64,000 nt of DNA from a virus. The notes under the pieces are model-generated. The model searched no databases. It saw only the letters and a program-made list of their open reading frames with translations, and was not told the origin of the DNA. The stretch spans positions 12,771 to 76,770 of the IMG/VR virus record IMGVR_UViG_3300008107_005910. One strand, given 5' to 3'. This document shows positions 47,701-58,400 of the stretch, piece after piece (within the stretch, counting starts at the first letter, position 1; the number at the start of each line of letters is the position of its first letter). The position numbers and the translations under genes were made by a program.

Positions 47701-48441
47701 TTAGCTTCTATATTTTTGGTTTATTTCGAGTACGGATTTAAGCAATTCTACGTCAAATTCTTTAACTAATGCTTCTGTATCTTTAGGTAAGCAAGGTCCA
47801 CCAAAACCACGCTCACCATCGGGGCCTGGGACTTGAAAGTGGTGTGTACCCATCCAAGGGTGATTTGCAAGTATGGATGTTACATGTGGCCACTTGACTC
47901 CTAACTGTTGGGCAACATCATACATCTGATTCATAAAGGTCACTTTGGTAGCATAAAAACTGTTCATGCAATACTTGGCCATTGCCGCAGTTTTGACATC
48001 AGTGAAGATTACTTTGTCCATATTGACAATGGACTGTGTTCTATAAATGTCGGCTAACTTGAAACCCTGTCTGTCATCATTGCAGCCAATTAAAACAAAT
48101 GGAGGATCAGTGAAATCAGTATTGGCAGTTGCCCTAGATAAAAACTCAGGATTGTAAACTATATTATACGGTACCAAGTAATCTGGAAGTATGGTACTCT
48201 TGACAACCACTATCCCAATGTATCCTGTAGATTCTATTCTATCTAAAACACTGGTCAAGATGCTATAATTGGTATCATTGGTTGGGGTGGGCACACAAAC
48301 AAAAATGGCGTCAGGTGCCTGTTTGCAAATATCTTCTACAGATATATCATTGTACTCTGGGTCTGAGCAGATGACTTGTGTTTTGGAGAATCCAAACTCC
48401 ACAGCCTTCCCCACCATACCATAACCAATAATACCAATCAT
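47701..48441 (-). CDS. UDP-glucose/GDP-mannose dehydrogenase family protein (lacks the C-terminal domain)
   Basis: GYGMVG, CVPTP, KST, YNPEFL, GFGGPCLPKD. Confidence 0.9.
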   Translation of the reverse strand: MIGIIGYGMVGKAVEFGFSKTQVICSDPEYNDISVEDICKQAPDAIFVCVPTPTNDTNYSILTSVLDRIESTGYIGIVVVKSTILPDYLVPYNIVYNPEFLSRATANTDFTDPPFVLIGCNDDRQGFKLADIYRTQSIVNMDKVIFTDVKTAAMAKYCMNSFYATKVTFMNQMYDVAQQLGVKWPHVTSILANHPWMGTHHFQVPGPDGERGFGGPCLPKDTEALVKEFDVELLKSVLEINQKYRS

Positions 48442-48458
48442 ATTTTCCCTTTATTATA

Positions 48459-48487
48459 ATAATAAACTCTTATTCAAACTCTGTCAA
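48459..48487 (-). promoter_or_regulatory. sigma70-like promoter TTGACA-17-TATTAT
   Basis: Read directly, upstream of the NDP-sugar dehydrogenase. Confidence 0.65.
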
Positions 48488-48519
48488 TAGACTTTATTTA
48501 AACAAGTAAATAACTGACT

Positions 48520-49710
48520 ATGATTAATAAAGAACCATTTGAAAAACTAATAGCGGATTTAAAAGACAGTGGCAAATATCGAGTTTTTAACGACATTGTA
48601 CGTGAAAACGGCAAGTTTCCAAATGCCATTTGGTACGGTCCTTATAACATTAAAAACATCGTAAATTGGTGCTCAAACGATTACCTAGGCATGGGTCAGC
48701 ACAAAGTTGTTATTGACGCAATGCACACTGCGTTGGATCAAACAGGGTCTGGTTCTGGAGGTACTCGAAACATTGGTGGGACTAGTCACTATCACGTAGC
48801 ATTAGAACACGAGATTGCCACGTTACATAAAAAACAAAAAGCAGTTCTTTTTTCAAGCGCCTATGTAGCCAACGAATGGACTCTAATCGCACTTGCTAAA
48901 ATTATTCCAAATATTGAATACATCAGCGACGAAAACAATCACAACAGTATGATTGTAGGTATTAGTCATAGTAAAGCCAAAAAAGTTATTTTCAAACACA
49001 ACGATATGGATGACTTAGAGCAGAAGCTAAAAATTAGTTTTGCTCAGGGTAACGTGCCTTGTGTTGTTTTTGAAAGCGTCTATAGTATGGACGGTGATGT
49101 TGGTCACATAAAAGATATTTGTAAATTAGCTAAAAAATACAAAGCTATTACCTATATTGATGAAGTACACGCAGTAGGGCTATATGGACAACGTGGCGCA
49201 GGCAAAGTAGAAGAGCTTGGACTAGAGTCAGAGATAGACATTATAAATGGAACATTAGGTAAAGCATTTGGGGTGCAGGGAGGTTACATTGCCTGCGATA
49301 GTATTGTTGCTGACGCAATACGTAGTATAGCCGCAGGCTTTATTTTTACAACAAGTATGAGTCCAGTTACATGTGCGGGTGCTTTGGCTGCAATCAAATA
49401 TTTAAAAGAGCACAATGAAATTAGAGACCGTCATCAAGAAAGAGCACAAAAATTGAAATTAGAATTAGTAAAAGCAGGACTTCCTCTTATGAGTTGTTCT
49501 ACTACACACATTGTTCCTGTTCTAGTTGGGGAAGCTAAAAAGTGTAAAGCAATGAGTGATGCATTATTAAATGATCACAACATATATGTTCAGCCAATTA
49601 ATTATCCTACTGTCAACGTTGGCACTGAGAGGTTGCGATTTGCTCCTACTCCGTTTCATGACGACGGGATGATTGAGGACTTGGTCAAAGCCCTCAAAAC
49701 ATTATTTTAA
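48520..49710 (+). CDS. hemA: 5-aminolevulinate synthase (PLP-dependent, C4/Shemin pathway)
   Basis: [64 protein letters not shown]. Confidence 0.95.
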   Translation: MINKEPFEKLIADLKDSGKYRVFNDIVRENGKFPNAIWYGPYNIKNIVNWCSNDYLGMGQHKVVIDAMHTALDQTGSGSGGTRNIGGTSHYHVALEHEIATLHKKQKAVLFSSAYVANEWTLIALAKIIPNIEYISDENNHNSMIVGISHSKAKKVIFKHNDMDDLEQKLKISFAQGNVPCVVFESVYSMDGDVGHIKDICKLAKKYKAITYIDEVHAVGLYGQRGAGKVEELGLESEIDIINGTLGKAFGVQGGYIACDSIVADAIRSIAAGFIFTTSMSPVTCAGALAAIKYLKEHNEIRDRHQERAQKLKLELVKAGLPLMSCSTTHIVPVLVGEAKKCKAMSDALLNDHNIYVQPINYPTVNVGTERLRFAPTPFHDDGMIEDLVKALKTLF

Positions 49711-50126
49711 ATATAGTTGTTGAACCAACCTATCTTCTTACCTTCAGCGATTCTGCGATCATGTTCCTCAACTGAACTAGGGTAACGCCAAGCCCAAATA
49801 GCTACAAGGGCCATAAAGATCGCAGTACTAATAACGCCAATTAGTTTTACTCCGCTTGTGTACATTAAGACCAAACTTAGACTCATCATGGCAAGCATGA
49901 AGTATTTCATTTTTTGTGGGAACACTCGCTTCTCTCCCCAGTTAGTTAGGAACGGTCCAAACAGTTTGTGATTATACAGCCAGGCGTGCATCTTAGGACT
50001 GCCTTTGGCAAAGCAGTAAGCAGAAAATACTACAAACGGACTGTAAGGTATACCAGGAGTAATGACTCCAATATAAGCCATACCTAGACTCAAAAATCCC
50101 AATAGTTTCCAAAATAATTTTTTCAT
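49707..50126 (-). CDS. YbaN/DUF454 inner membrane protein
   Basis: [12 protein letters not shown]...CFAKGS...WL..HKLFGP. Confidence 0.85.
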   Translation of the reverse strand: MKKLFWKLLGFLSLGMAYIGVITPGIPYSPFVVFSAYCFAKGSPKMHAWLYNHKLFGPFLTNWGEKRVFPQKMKYFMLAMMSLSLVLMYTSGVKLIGVISTAIFMALVAIWAWRYPSSVEEHDRRIAEGKKIGWFNNYI

Positions 50127-50221
50127 AATCTTAGTTATTATTTAGGTAATCTTTTACCTTGCTCTTTTGATAAATTTCTGTTAAAATTATCAAGGTAAAT
50201 ACGTTTTTAAATGAGGTTTTA

Positions 50222-50734
50222 ATGTCCGATTGTTTAATCCTAAATGCAGACTGCCAACCAGTTAGTCTACTCCCTGTGAGTACTATAACTTGGCAAGATG
50301 CTATTACCTATCTAGTTTTAGATAAGGCTGTTCCTTTGGAATGGCACGAAGACTGGGTAGTTCGTAGCTCAACCTGGGAAACTAAGGTTCCTGCCGTTAT
50401 GGTATTAAGAGATTACCAAAAGAGTAAAAGTTATGTTCGTTACAGTAAGTTTAACGTATTCCTACGTGACGATTATACTTGTCAATACTGCGGAACTGAA
50501 GTTAATAAGAAAACAGCGACATTGGATCACGTTTTACCAATCTCTCACGGTGGTAAGAGCGTTTGGGAAAATGCCACCTGTGCCTGTTCAAGGTGCAATG
50601 CTAACAAAGGTAATGACAAACGAATTAAGCCAAAGCGTAAGCCTTACAAGCCTTCCTATTGGGAACTTGTAGAAAAGCGTAAGAAGTTGCCTTTCCATAT
50701 ATCACATCCAAGTTGGGAGATGTATTTGGTATGA
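50222..50734 (+). CDS. HNH endonuclease
   Basis: RDDYTCQYCG, TLDHVLP..GG, CSRCNANK. Confidence 0.92.
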   Translation: MSDCLILNADCQPVSLLPVSTITWQDAITYLVLDKAVPLEWHEDWVVRSSTWETKVPAVMVLRDYQKSKSYVRYSKFNVFLRDDYTCQYCGTEVNKKTATLDHVLPISHGGKSVWENATCACSRCNANKGNDKRIKPKRKPYKPSYWELVEKRKKLPFHISHPSWEMYLV

Positions 50735-51018
50735 AGATGAAGTTATTGAATAATAATCCAATATTTGAACGACATAAAAAACAAATATTAGATATCATTG
50801 ACAGTAAGTCTGGAATGGTGGCAGCTAATGGCAAAGGCCTTTATCGGGAAATGCTATTAGCCGCTGAAGATTTGGATGGACTATTGGACCCTGCAAAAGG
50901 CGCAAGGCCTGATCCACACCTAGTTACTATCAAACGTGATGAGTTTCATAAAAGGTGTAGAGATATGGGTGTTTGGTTGGAAGAACACGCACCCAATTTA
51001 AAACTAACTTGGGATTAA
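50731..51018 (+). CDS. hypothetical protein
   Basis: ATGA-coupled to the HNH gene. Confidence 0.55.
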   Translation: MKMKLLNNNPIFERHKKQILDIIDSKSGMVAANGKGLYREMLLAAEDLDGLLDPAKGARPDPHLVTIKRDEFHKRCRDMGVWLEEHAPNLKLTWD

Positions 51019-51230
51019 AGTCTTCGGCTTACCCGGCCCTTTGTTAAATCATAAGGGCTCATTTCAACTTGGACTCGGTCGCCTAGCAACACTTGAATTT
51101 TGTGTTGGCGCATTTTACCAGAGGTATATGCGTTGATGACCATTTTGTTTTCTAGTGCAACTTTAAAGGTTGCATTTGGAAGTAGTTCAACTACTTCGCC
51201 TTCAAGGACAATGACGTCTTCTTTTGCCAC
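51015..51230 (-). CDS. infA: translation initiation factor IF-1
   Basis: [23 protein letters not shown]...SGKMR...[17 protein letters not shown]. Confidence 0.96.
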   Translation of the reverse strand: MAKEDVIVLEGEVVELLPNATFKVALENKMVINAYTSGKMRQHKIQVLLGDRVQVEMSPYDLTKGRVSRRL

Positions 51231-51232
51231 GT

Positions 51233-51478
51233 TTAATTCTCTTTTCCTTTTAATCCATCCAGGACCAGTTGTTTTGCTCTTTTATCAAGCATCTCCCTTT
51301 CATTGGTCAAAAGAATTGGTGTCATAAGTTTAAGGTATTCCGTCAGTGCCTTTACTCCTTCATCAGTCCAATGACAGTAGTTGTGTCCAACACTACTGTA
51401 GTAAAAATATTTATTGTTATTCATTAGCTCATAGATACCTCCATATAAGGTATCTTTAATTGCTGTCTTATCCATCAT
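51233..51478 (-). CDS. hypothetical protein (start probably MMDKTAI)
   Basis: The longer ORF overlaps the ligase C-terminus by ~220 nt; this part does not overlap. Confidence 0.6.
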   Translation of the reverse strand: MMDKTAIKDTLYGGIYELMNNNKYFYYSSVGHNYCHWTDEGVKALTEYLKLMTPILLTNEREMLDKRAKQLVLDGLKGKEN

Positions 51479-51491
51479 AATTGGTGCCCTT

Positions 51492-52808
51492 TCAAAGTTT
51501 CTCGCCAACTTCGAAGCCGCGGAAACGAAGGAATCTAGGGAATCGAAGGCTCCAAGCTTCTCCATCTTGCGCCTTAGTAGCCGCATCTGCACGGACTTCA
51601 ACAATCTGTCCCACAAGCGTGTCTTTGCTATCCCATAGCTCACGACGCAACTCATCACTATAACCACTACCCACGTTAACTCGGATAAATTTTCCATCAT
51701 CTTCACCTTCACAAATCAATGCACCCAAATTGTTTTCGTTCTTGGTTCCAACAGAACCTTCTTCAACTGCGACCACAGTCAAAGATACTTCAATAAATGG
51801 CTTTAGTTTTAACCAAGCCACTGAACGTTTGCACTCGTAGCCTGCTTCTGGATCTTTGAGCATGATACCTTCGTAGCCTCCAGCAATAGCCTGTGCATTG
51901 ATTTCTTTGTAACGAACTTGTCCAACCATAGTGTCCAAATCTACTTCCTCATAATCCAAACATTGGATATTAGGAGTAAAGTCGCCTGTAGATTCTTTCC
52001 ATTTGTTTAATTGTGCAATGCGATATGTTTGTGGCATGTCCCATCCACCTTTTTGGAAATTCTTCAAAGGCAAGTAATCAAACAAATGTAGTACAGCGTC
52101 ATTAGCCTGTACGTTGCTCTTACGATGTACTTGTTTCATAAGGTCTTGAAACGAGCTAGACATAACTTCACCGTCAAACACAGTTGCTTCTTTCAAATTG
52201 CCTGCGTACTTGGCAAACTGATCTGCAATATGTGGGAAGTTAACAAGCTCTTTGCCATTACGGCTGTACATATTAACAGTGCCGTTAGGGTAGACAATAG
52301 TGATAACACGCACACCATCCAGCTTAACTTCAATAAGCTTCTTGCTTGTTACTTTCTTTTCGTGTTTGGCGCTGTCGTGCGCCAGCTGACATTCAAACAA
52401 TGGAATGACAAACTCTTTGTTTTTAAGTTTCTTCGCTACATTGTTAATTGTACTTTCGCCAAAGCCTGCTTTAAAGTCCTTGGTAAGTATCCGTTTGTAC
52501 CAGCCGTTCCATTCATCTTGCTTGGCTGTTTTAAGGCAAAGTTCAATTGCGTCACGGGCGTCGTGACCAGTGAGTTCACGTTTGGCTAGTTTATCTGCTA
52601 GGTCTTTGAACACAGCCCATGGAAGACCCTGTCCATCTGGACCACCATGCGTGGGCACTTTCTTAACACCAAACGTAATAAAGGGACTTAGACAGAGCAA
52701 AGCACCTTCAAAAAATTCTTTATTATCTGCTTGCATCTGTTCTGCAATGATAGCCTCTTTGGCAAGACGGCTGTTATCTGCTTCTAGAGAGGCAATAATT
52801 TTGTGCAT
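51492..52808 (-). CDS. lig: ATP-dependent DNA ligase
   Basis: KLDGVR (adenylated Lys), FDGE, FD, EGIMLK, WLKLK, VGSG, LRFPRF. Confidence 0.95.
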   Translation of the reverse strand: MHKIIASLEADNSRLAKEAIIAEQMQADNKEFFEGALLCLSPFITFGVKKVPTHGGPDGQGLPWAVFKDLADKLAKRELTGHDARDAIELCLKTAKQDEWNGWYKRILTKDFKAGFGESTINNVAKKLKNKEFVIPLFECQLAHDSAKHEKKVTSKKLIEVKLDGVRVITIVYPNGTVNMYSRNGKELVNFPHIADQFAKYAGNLKEATVFDGEVMSSSFQDLMKQVHRKSNVQANDAVLHLFDYLPLKNFQKGGWDMPQTYRIAQLNKWKESTGDFTPNIQCLDYEEVDLDTMVGQVRYKEINAQAIAGGYEGIMLKDPEAGYECKRSVAWLKLKPFIEVSLTVVAVEEGSVGTKNENNLGALICEGEDDGKFIRVNVGSGYSDELRRELWDSKDTLVGQIVEVRADAATKAQDGEAWSLRFPRFLRFRGFEVGEKL

Positions 52809-52838
52809 TTTGGATTCCCAAATAGTTTCAATACTGTA

Positions 52839-52867
52839 ATTGTATTGGATTTACCTAGGAAAGTCAA
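52839..52867 (-). promoter_or_regulatory. sigma70-like promoter TTGACT-17-TACAAT
   Basis: Read directly, upstream of the ligase. Confidence 0.65.
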
Positions 52868-53112
52868 GTGGGAGGTACATCAATTTGAAGAACTGTTGCT
52901 TCAATGTTCTCTGGATTTACCAATTTGGCTGGCTGTTGTAGTAATGTAGCAAATTTGAGTTGGTGACTGTTGACCAATTTGCCTTTGTCGTTGTGCCAAT
53001 GTAAGAATAACCTACCTTTTGACTCTGGTATTAAGATTTTACCACTTTCAATTTGAATTTCTTCTTTTGGTTTAATTTTGATTGGCTTGTTAGAAAGTTC
53101 TTTGTACCACAT
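52864..53112 (-). CDS. hypothetical protein
   Basis: TAAATA a few nt upstream of the ATG. Confidence 0.6.
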   Translation of the reverse strand: MWYKELSNKPIKIKPKEEIQIESGKILIPESKGRLFLHWHNDKGKLVNSHQLKFATLLQQPAKLVNPENIEATVLQIDVPPT

Positions 53113-53155
53113 GCAATTATTTAAACTATAATTGAATGATCATTGAAGAAATTGA

Positions 53156-53389
53156 TTATTTGCCTTTACCATTGCGATCGCCACCAAGTGGGCCGCCGTA
53201 TTTGACATGTTTGATTTTCTTACCGTAGACTTGTTTGCCTTTTAACACTTTCTTATCGTGTCTTGGACGTAGGCCACGGGCAACACATTGACTTTGATCA
53301 CTGTTACCTAAATGTTTTGGACTTTTACAGACGTGAGTCGCAACAAAGCGTTCTTCTAAATCTTCGTTTGTAATTTCATGGAATCTCAT
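53156..53389 (-). CDS. basic putative internal head protein (MRFHEITNE)
   Basis: Shared N-terminal motif; Lys/Arg-rich. Confidence 0.6.
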   Translation of the reverse strand: MRFHEITNEDLEERFVATHVCKSPKHLGNSDQSQCVARGLRPRHDKKVLKGKQVYGKKIKHVKYGGPLGGDRNGKGK

Positions 53390-54141
53390 TTTGCCTTAGC
53401 CTTTCCTGCTTTCATATTAGCCATCCAATGCGCCAACTGTCCTTTTCTTCCGCCTTGTTTAGCAACTTTACGCAATGTATTTACACTGGCTTTAGTAGGA
53501 ACTCCATGACGTTTGCTGTCGCCTTTGTCTTGAGGATTTCGTCCGTCAGCAAAGTTTTCTGCTACATTAAACCTAGGATCAGTTTTTTGTCTTGGCATGC
53601 CTTTAGGTTGATTAGGATCAACAGGATCAATGTCAGTTGTTGTTAATCCTGTCTTTTTTAATGCGTTGATATATTTGTGCTCTTCTTCTTCGCTACCAAA
53701 ACTAAACATAGTGCTAGGAGGACCTTGGCCAAAATCGTGTTTACCAAGACCTTCTAAATCAGATATGTGCATGCCTAACTTATACCAATCATAAACATCA
53801 CTGACGTCTACTTTAACAGATCCTTGTGGCATAGTTGGTTTAGTTTCAGGTCCACGTGGTGTATCATTTGGATGATAATCTTCGTTACTGTCCCCAATAT
53901 TTTCTTCTACACCGCCATCGCCACTGTAGCCTGAGTCATATCCATACCATCCATATGGTCCAGGACCATAAGCGGCGTACTTAGGTTTACGTTTCTTTTT
54001 ACGTTCTTCTAATTCAACTTCTTCGTTTTTGTTTCTGCCCTGACAATGAGCACGTTGACTAAACCCTTTGGGATTAGAACAATTGATAGAACGTTTGTAC
54101 TTGTCGCTCCATTCTTCATTTATAAATTCATACGCTCTCAT
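53386..54141 (-). CDS. modular putative internal head protein (MRAYEFINE)
   Basis: Modules EWSDKYKRSINCSNPKGFSQRAHC and ENFADG...LAHWMANMKAGK separated by Glu sites. Confidence 0.65.
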   Translation of the reverse strand: MRAYEFINEEWSDKYKRSINCSNPKGFSQRAHCQGRNKNEEVELEERKKKRKPKYAAYGPGPYGWYGYDSGYSGDGGVEENIGDSNEDYHPNDTPRGPETKPTMPQGSVKVDVSDVYDWYKLGMHISDLEGLGKHDFGQGPPSTMFSFGSEEEEHKYINALKKTGLTTTDIDPVDPNQPKGMPRQKTDPRFNVAENFADGRNPQDKGDSKRHGVPTKASVNTLRKVAKQGGRKGQLAHWMANMKAGKAKAK

Positions 54142-54663
54142 TTAGTAACCTTTTCTAAGTCTGTCATATCTCATTTGATCTGTTGTACGTTTAGGATCAA
54201 ACGATGTTTGAAAAGGATCTTCAATTGGTGCTCGCCAACTGTTGGGATCAGCTCGATCTAGGTTAGTTCCGCCACCGCCTCGAGGAAGTCTAGGCGCAGG
54301 TATTGTCTTGACTGCTGACGGTTGTGACGCAGTTGTTCCAATATTTTGACTTCTAAATTCGTTGGGTGTTAATTTACGACCAGCTTTTTCATCAGCACTT
54401 AACATATCACCAATGCCAAGAAAGTTTCCAGCCCGTTGTTTGGCATTTTGTTGTTGAGACCATTTTTTCAAAGCCTCTTTATCAACTGGTTCCGTTTCTA
54501 ATGTACCGCCACTTAATATTTCTTTTCGTATCTGTTCAGGGCTTCGTTCAACTCCGCCTATTACTGGATGTTGTGGTTTTATTCCAGCGGCACGATTGGC
54601 ATCAATTTGTTTAAAAATTGTTTCGTAATCCAAAGCTTCATTTATAAATTCATATGCTCTCAT
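54142..54663 (-). CDS. putative internal head protein (MRAYEFINE)
   Basis: First 9 aa identical to 53386-54141. Confidence 0.6.
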   Translation of the reverse strand: MRAYEFINEALDYETIFKQIDANRAAGIKPQHPVIGGVERSPEQIRKEILSGGTLETEPVDKEALKKWSQQQNAKQRAGNFLGIGDMLSADEKAGRKLTPNEFRSQNIGTTASQPSAVKTIPAPRLPRGGGGTNLDRADPNSWRAPIEDPFQTSFDPKRTTDQMRYDRLRKGY

Positions 54664-55427
54664 TCACAGTTCCAACGACGTAATGCTTTGTTGATTGGGC
54701 TGTCTGGATCTCGTTTAGTCTTAGCACTTGCATGAGCTTTCTTCATACCGCTCATACGGGCACAGAAACTCTTACGACGTTTAGCACTCTTGCTACCCTT
54801 CTTTAACTTATTAGGCTTTGTAGTAACCGCTGTCTTTAGTTTACTGCCTGGATTCTCACGACGATATGCCTTGACAGCTTTACTACTCATTCCATCTGTC
54901 TTATCACTCTTATTGACCTTTTGCCAATCTTCTTTTAAAAATAATAATTGACTTGAAGCTGTCTCATATAAGACATCATCATCTAATGATTCAAAGTAAT
55001 TCCAAACTACATCTTCACTTGTGTTATTTTTGTCCGATAATCTTTGAACTAAACTTTCCATAGCTTCAAACATTTGTACAACTTCTGGGTCTTCTTCACG
55101 CTCTTCTTCTGACTTCATGTAATCCCAAACAGTTACTAACATTGATTTGGCCACTGCAATTTTTTCTTGGCACCACTCTGGAAGATTATCTCCTTCATGA
55201 ATTAGGTCATCAATGCCTTGGACGGCACGTTCTAATGTACTTAAATTATTATCAGCCATTCCTGCTTCATCGTCATATTCAGGATTAAAATTTTCATTGG
55301 CGTTAGGTACACAATTAGGAACTGTTTTACCATTCTTCTTTTTTGTACCTACAGGGTGATAACCTTTCCAACAAGGATTATCTTTTTTGTCTTCTAAACC
55401 TTCAATTAAAAACTCTGTAATTTTCAT
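54660..55427 (-). CDS. modular phage protein (PCWKGY...VPNCVP and RRKSFCARM...ALRRWNC modules)
   Basis: Modules typical of T4-like phage hypothetical proteins; MKITEFLIE start. Confidence 0.7.
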   Translation of the reverse strand: MKITEFLIEGLEDKKDNPCWKGYHPVGTKKKNGKTVPNCVPNANENFNPEYDDEAGMADNNLSTLERAVQGIDDLIHEGDNLPEWCQEKIAVAKSMLVTVWDYMKSEEEREEDPEVVQMFEAMESLVQRLSDKNNTSEDVVWNYFESLDDDVLYETASSQLLFLKEDWQKVNKSDKTDGMSSKAVKAYRRENPGSKLKTAVTTKPNKLKKGSKSAKRRKSFCARMSGMKKAHASAKTKRDPDSPINKALRRWNCE

Positions 55428-55439
55428 TTGTTATCCTAA

Positions 55440-58400
55440 TTAACCAATATTTAGTGAACGAACGATCTCGTACCAGTCTGTTCCGCCGTTAATGGTATAG
55501 AATTTGAAGAAGTCTTTCCTACCAATATTACTAGACATTGCACTTCCATTTGGTGCGTTTGCATTTATCCATCTAATGGAAGTGTTAGTAACACCAAATG
55601 TTGTTGGGGTACTAACTGCACAATGAAATACTACATTGACTTCAAAATAACCGTTATTAGGAACATTAGTAAATGCTATGTTATTAATTTGACTACTTCT
55701 ATTAACTTCATGGAAAGCTCCTTGACTGCAATCAATAGAAACATCAGTTCCAACGATTTGTATTCTACCACCAACAGTTCCTGGATTAACTGCTAAATTA
55801 ACTTTGTTAAACTTTGGACTTGCAGTTTGTCTAATATCCTGTGCAGTTGTTAAATGGAAAGTGCTTACGCCATCAGCAGTTGGTGTCCAAGTTAAACTTG
55901 GTCCAACATAAAAACTTAAATTAAGTTCGCCAGCAGGTAATCCAGCTCTTCCAAATAAAGTTTGACTAGTGGTGCCGTTAGATCCGCCATTATTATAAAC
56001 TAAAGGTAGTTGAGCTGTACCCGCTGTTGGCGAAGCAATAGCATTAACTGTTAATAAAGGTCTTACATTCTTTGCACTTGCATATTTGTTTTCTGAACCT
56101 TCACGTAGACTGTCTGTGCTATTGTTATAACTGAACACACCAGTTGATTGATTATATGATATCAAATTACCTGGACTTGCACCATCATTAGTAGTTGGTA
56201 ATGATAAACTTACGGTACTTCTAATTCTAGACTCAGTAGCAAACTTATTTGTAGTTCCGTCACTTAAACTATCTAAATTAAGATTGAAGGACCAAACACC
56301 TGTAGCTGATGTGTAACTAACAAAAGGTGTTCCTAATGTACCAATATTTGTTGTACTAACTGTAAATGAGTTTCTAGCTAAAGCACTTGAAAAATATTTG
56401 TTTGTTGTTCCTTCAGCTATAGCATCAGTTGTTGGTTTAGTAAATGTTAAAGCGCCTGTTACCCTGTCATAATTGAATACGTTTGTATCTGTAGAACTTA
56501 CGGTCAATGCAAATCTAGCTCTAGCATCTGTATAATATAAATTACTTGTACCTTCTGTAATGGTGTTAGTATTGGCATTAAATGTAAATGTAGTAATACC
56601 AGTTGCTGGATTATATGTTGAAACCAATGCTTGGCTAGCAGCCACTGTACCCAACTGCGTTACTGATACAGCCAAGGCACTGTTGACTCTACTACCACTG
56701 AAGTAATAAGGGCCTGCGGCACCTTCTGGAACGTTTGAAGTATTGGCTGCTAGAGTAAACTGTCCAGTACCAGTGTTATAGGTTAAAAGACCGCTTTGAC
56801 TTGTACTAGTTGCTAGTGTGATAGCAGAGCGAGCCAATGTCTCAGTAAAGAATCTATTAGTAACACCTTGACTTAAATTGTCACTGGTAGCATTAATTGT
56901 AATTTGTCCAGTACCTGCATTATAGCTGGCAAAGTTAGAGTTACCTGTTACGTTTACACTTATCGCATTACGAGCTAATGTGTTGGTATAAAACTTGTTA
57001 ACAGGACCTTCTTGTATTTCATCTGTAGTTGGTTTATTAAAAGTAAAGACACCAGTATTAAAGTTATAACTCAATACGTCCGTGTCATCTGACACTAGAC
57101 TTATTGCCGCACGAGCTCTAGAATTAGTAAACCATAAGTTACTTGGTGCAGGAGTACTACGTTCAAATATATCATCTGTGAATAGTGTGATGATACCTGT
57201 TTTAGTATTAACACTTTGTACTAGTGCAACTCCATCAACATATCGTTTATTGACTGCTATTAAATTATTGCTGGAAGCGTCAACTAGATAATTCAAAATT
57301 AAGGCACCACTCATTGTGCCGCCGCCAACAGATAACTTACCACTTAACGCAGTACTAACTGTTTGATAAAATAAAGTATCACCATTTATAGCATTTCCCA
57401 ATGCTTGAATGGTTGTTAAACCTGCAACAGGATTACCTGTGACAGAGGTTCTAACTGCATCAACATAATTCTTGTTGGCTATTTGTGTTCCTAAACTCTG
57501 TGCAGTTAGATCAGGAACACGTGGTGTACCTGTGAGTATTGGGCTTACACTTGGTGCGGCTCCTGTGATATCGCCCACACCTAAAACAACTGCACCGGCA
57601 TATCCGTTAACACTGGTAACAGCGCCACTTAGAGTAAAGCGACCTTGTACAGGATCATAGCCTAATCCAGAACCACTTGGAACATTGAATTGACTACGGA
57701 CAAAGTCTCCTAAGAAATTTGAATCTAAACTAAAGGTAAATGTATCTGTTGGGTCTGAATATGCAGATAAAATTCCGTTGGTGCTAACTGCTTTAAATGT
57801 TAATACTGTTCCAATGCCAATGGTTGCATTGTATCCTGGATTTAATGTTATCAAGTTACCCTGTACCTGCTGTACAGTTACACGACCTTGTATACCAGTT
57901 CCTGTTACATACCATCCAGTTTGTATGTTTGTACTATCAGCAACACTAACCTGTGCGGCACTTGTTCCAACACCAGTGGTGTTTAAAATTAAAGTTCCAC
58001 CAACAACAATGCTAAATCCTGCAGGTGTATAAACAGCAGGGCTAACTGTAAAGCTAGTTGCTCCCACAGTTTGTACTGTAACGTTCTGTGGGAAGCCAGT
58101 ACCTGCAACTGTTTGACCACTGGTAATGCCGCTGGTACTAGTAACAAAAATAGTAGAAACACTAGTGCTGTTACCAGCGGCTGTGGTAGTGACTGTTGTG
58201 CTATTTGGGTTGCCTAATTGGAACATCGTTGCCACAGCATTTTGAGCACGATCATTGGTAAAATATAAATTAGTACCCTCTGCCAAGTTAGTAGTTGTCT
58301 TGGTAGCTAGGGCTGTGTCAAATCTAGTTGAGGTCCAATATACGTTAGTGGTACCCTCATCCAAATCATCTGTTGTATGGTTAGCAATACTGGTAACTGT

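Noticed and set aside
51479-51712. Long same-strand overlap of ORF 51233-51712 with DNA ligase
   Set aside because: Probably an upstream extension of the ORF call; a plausible ATG at 51478 follows the ligase stop.
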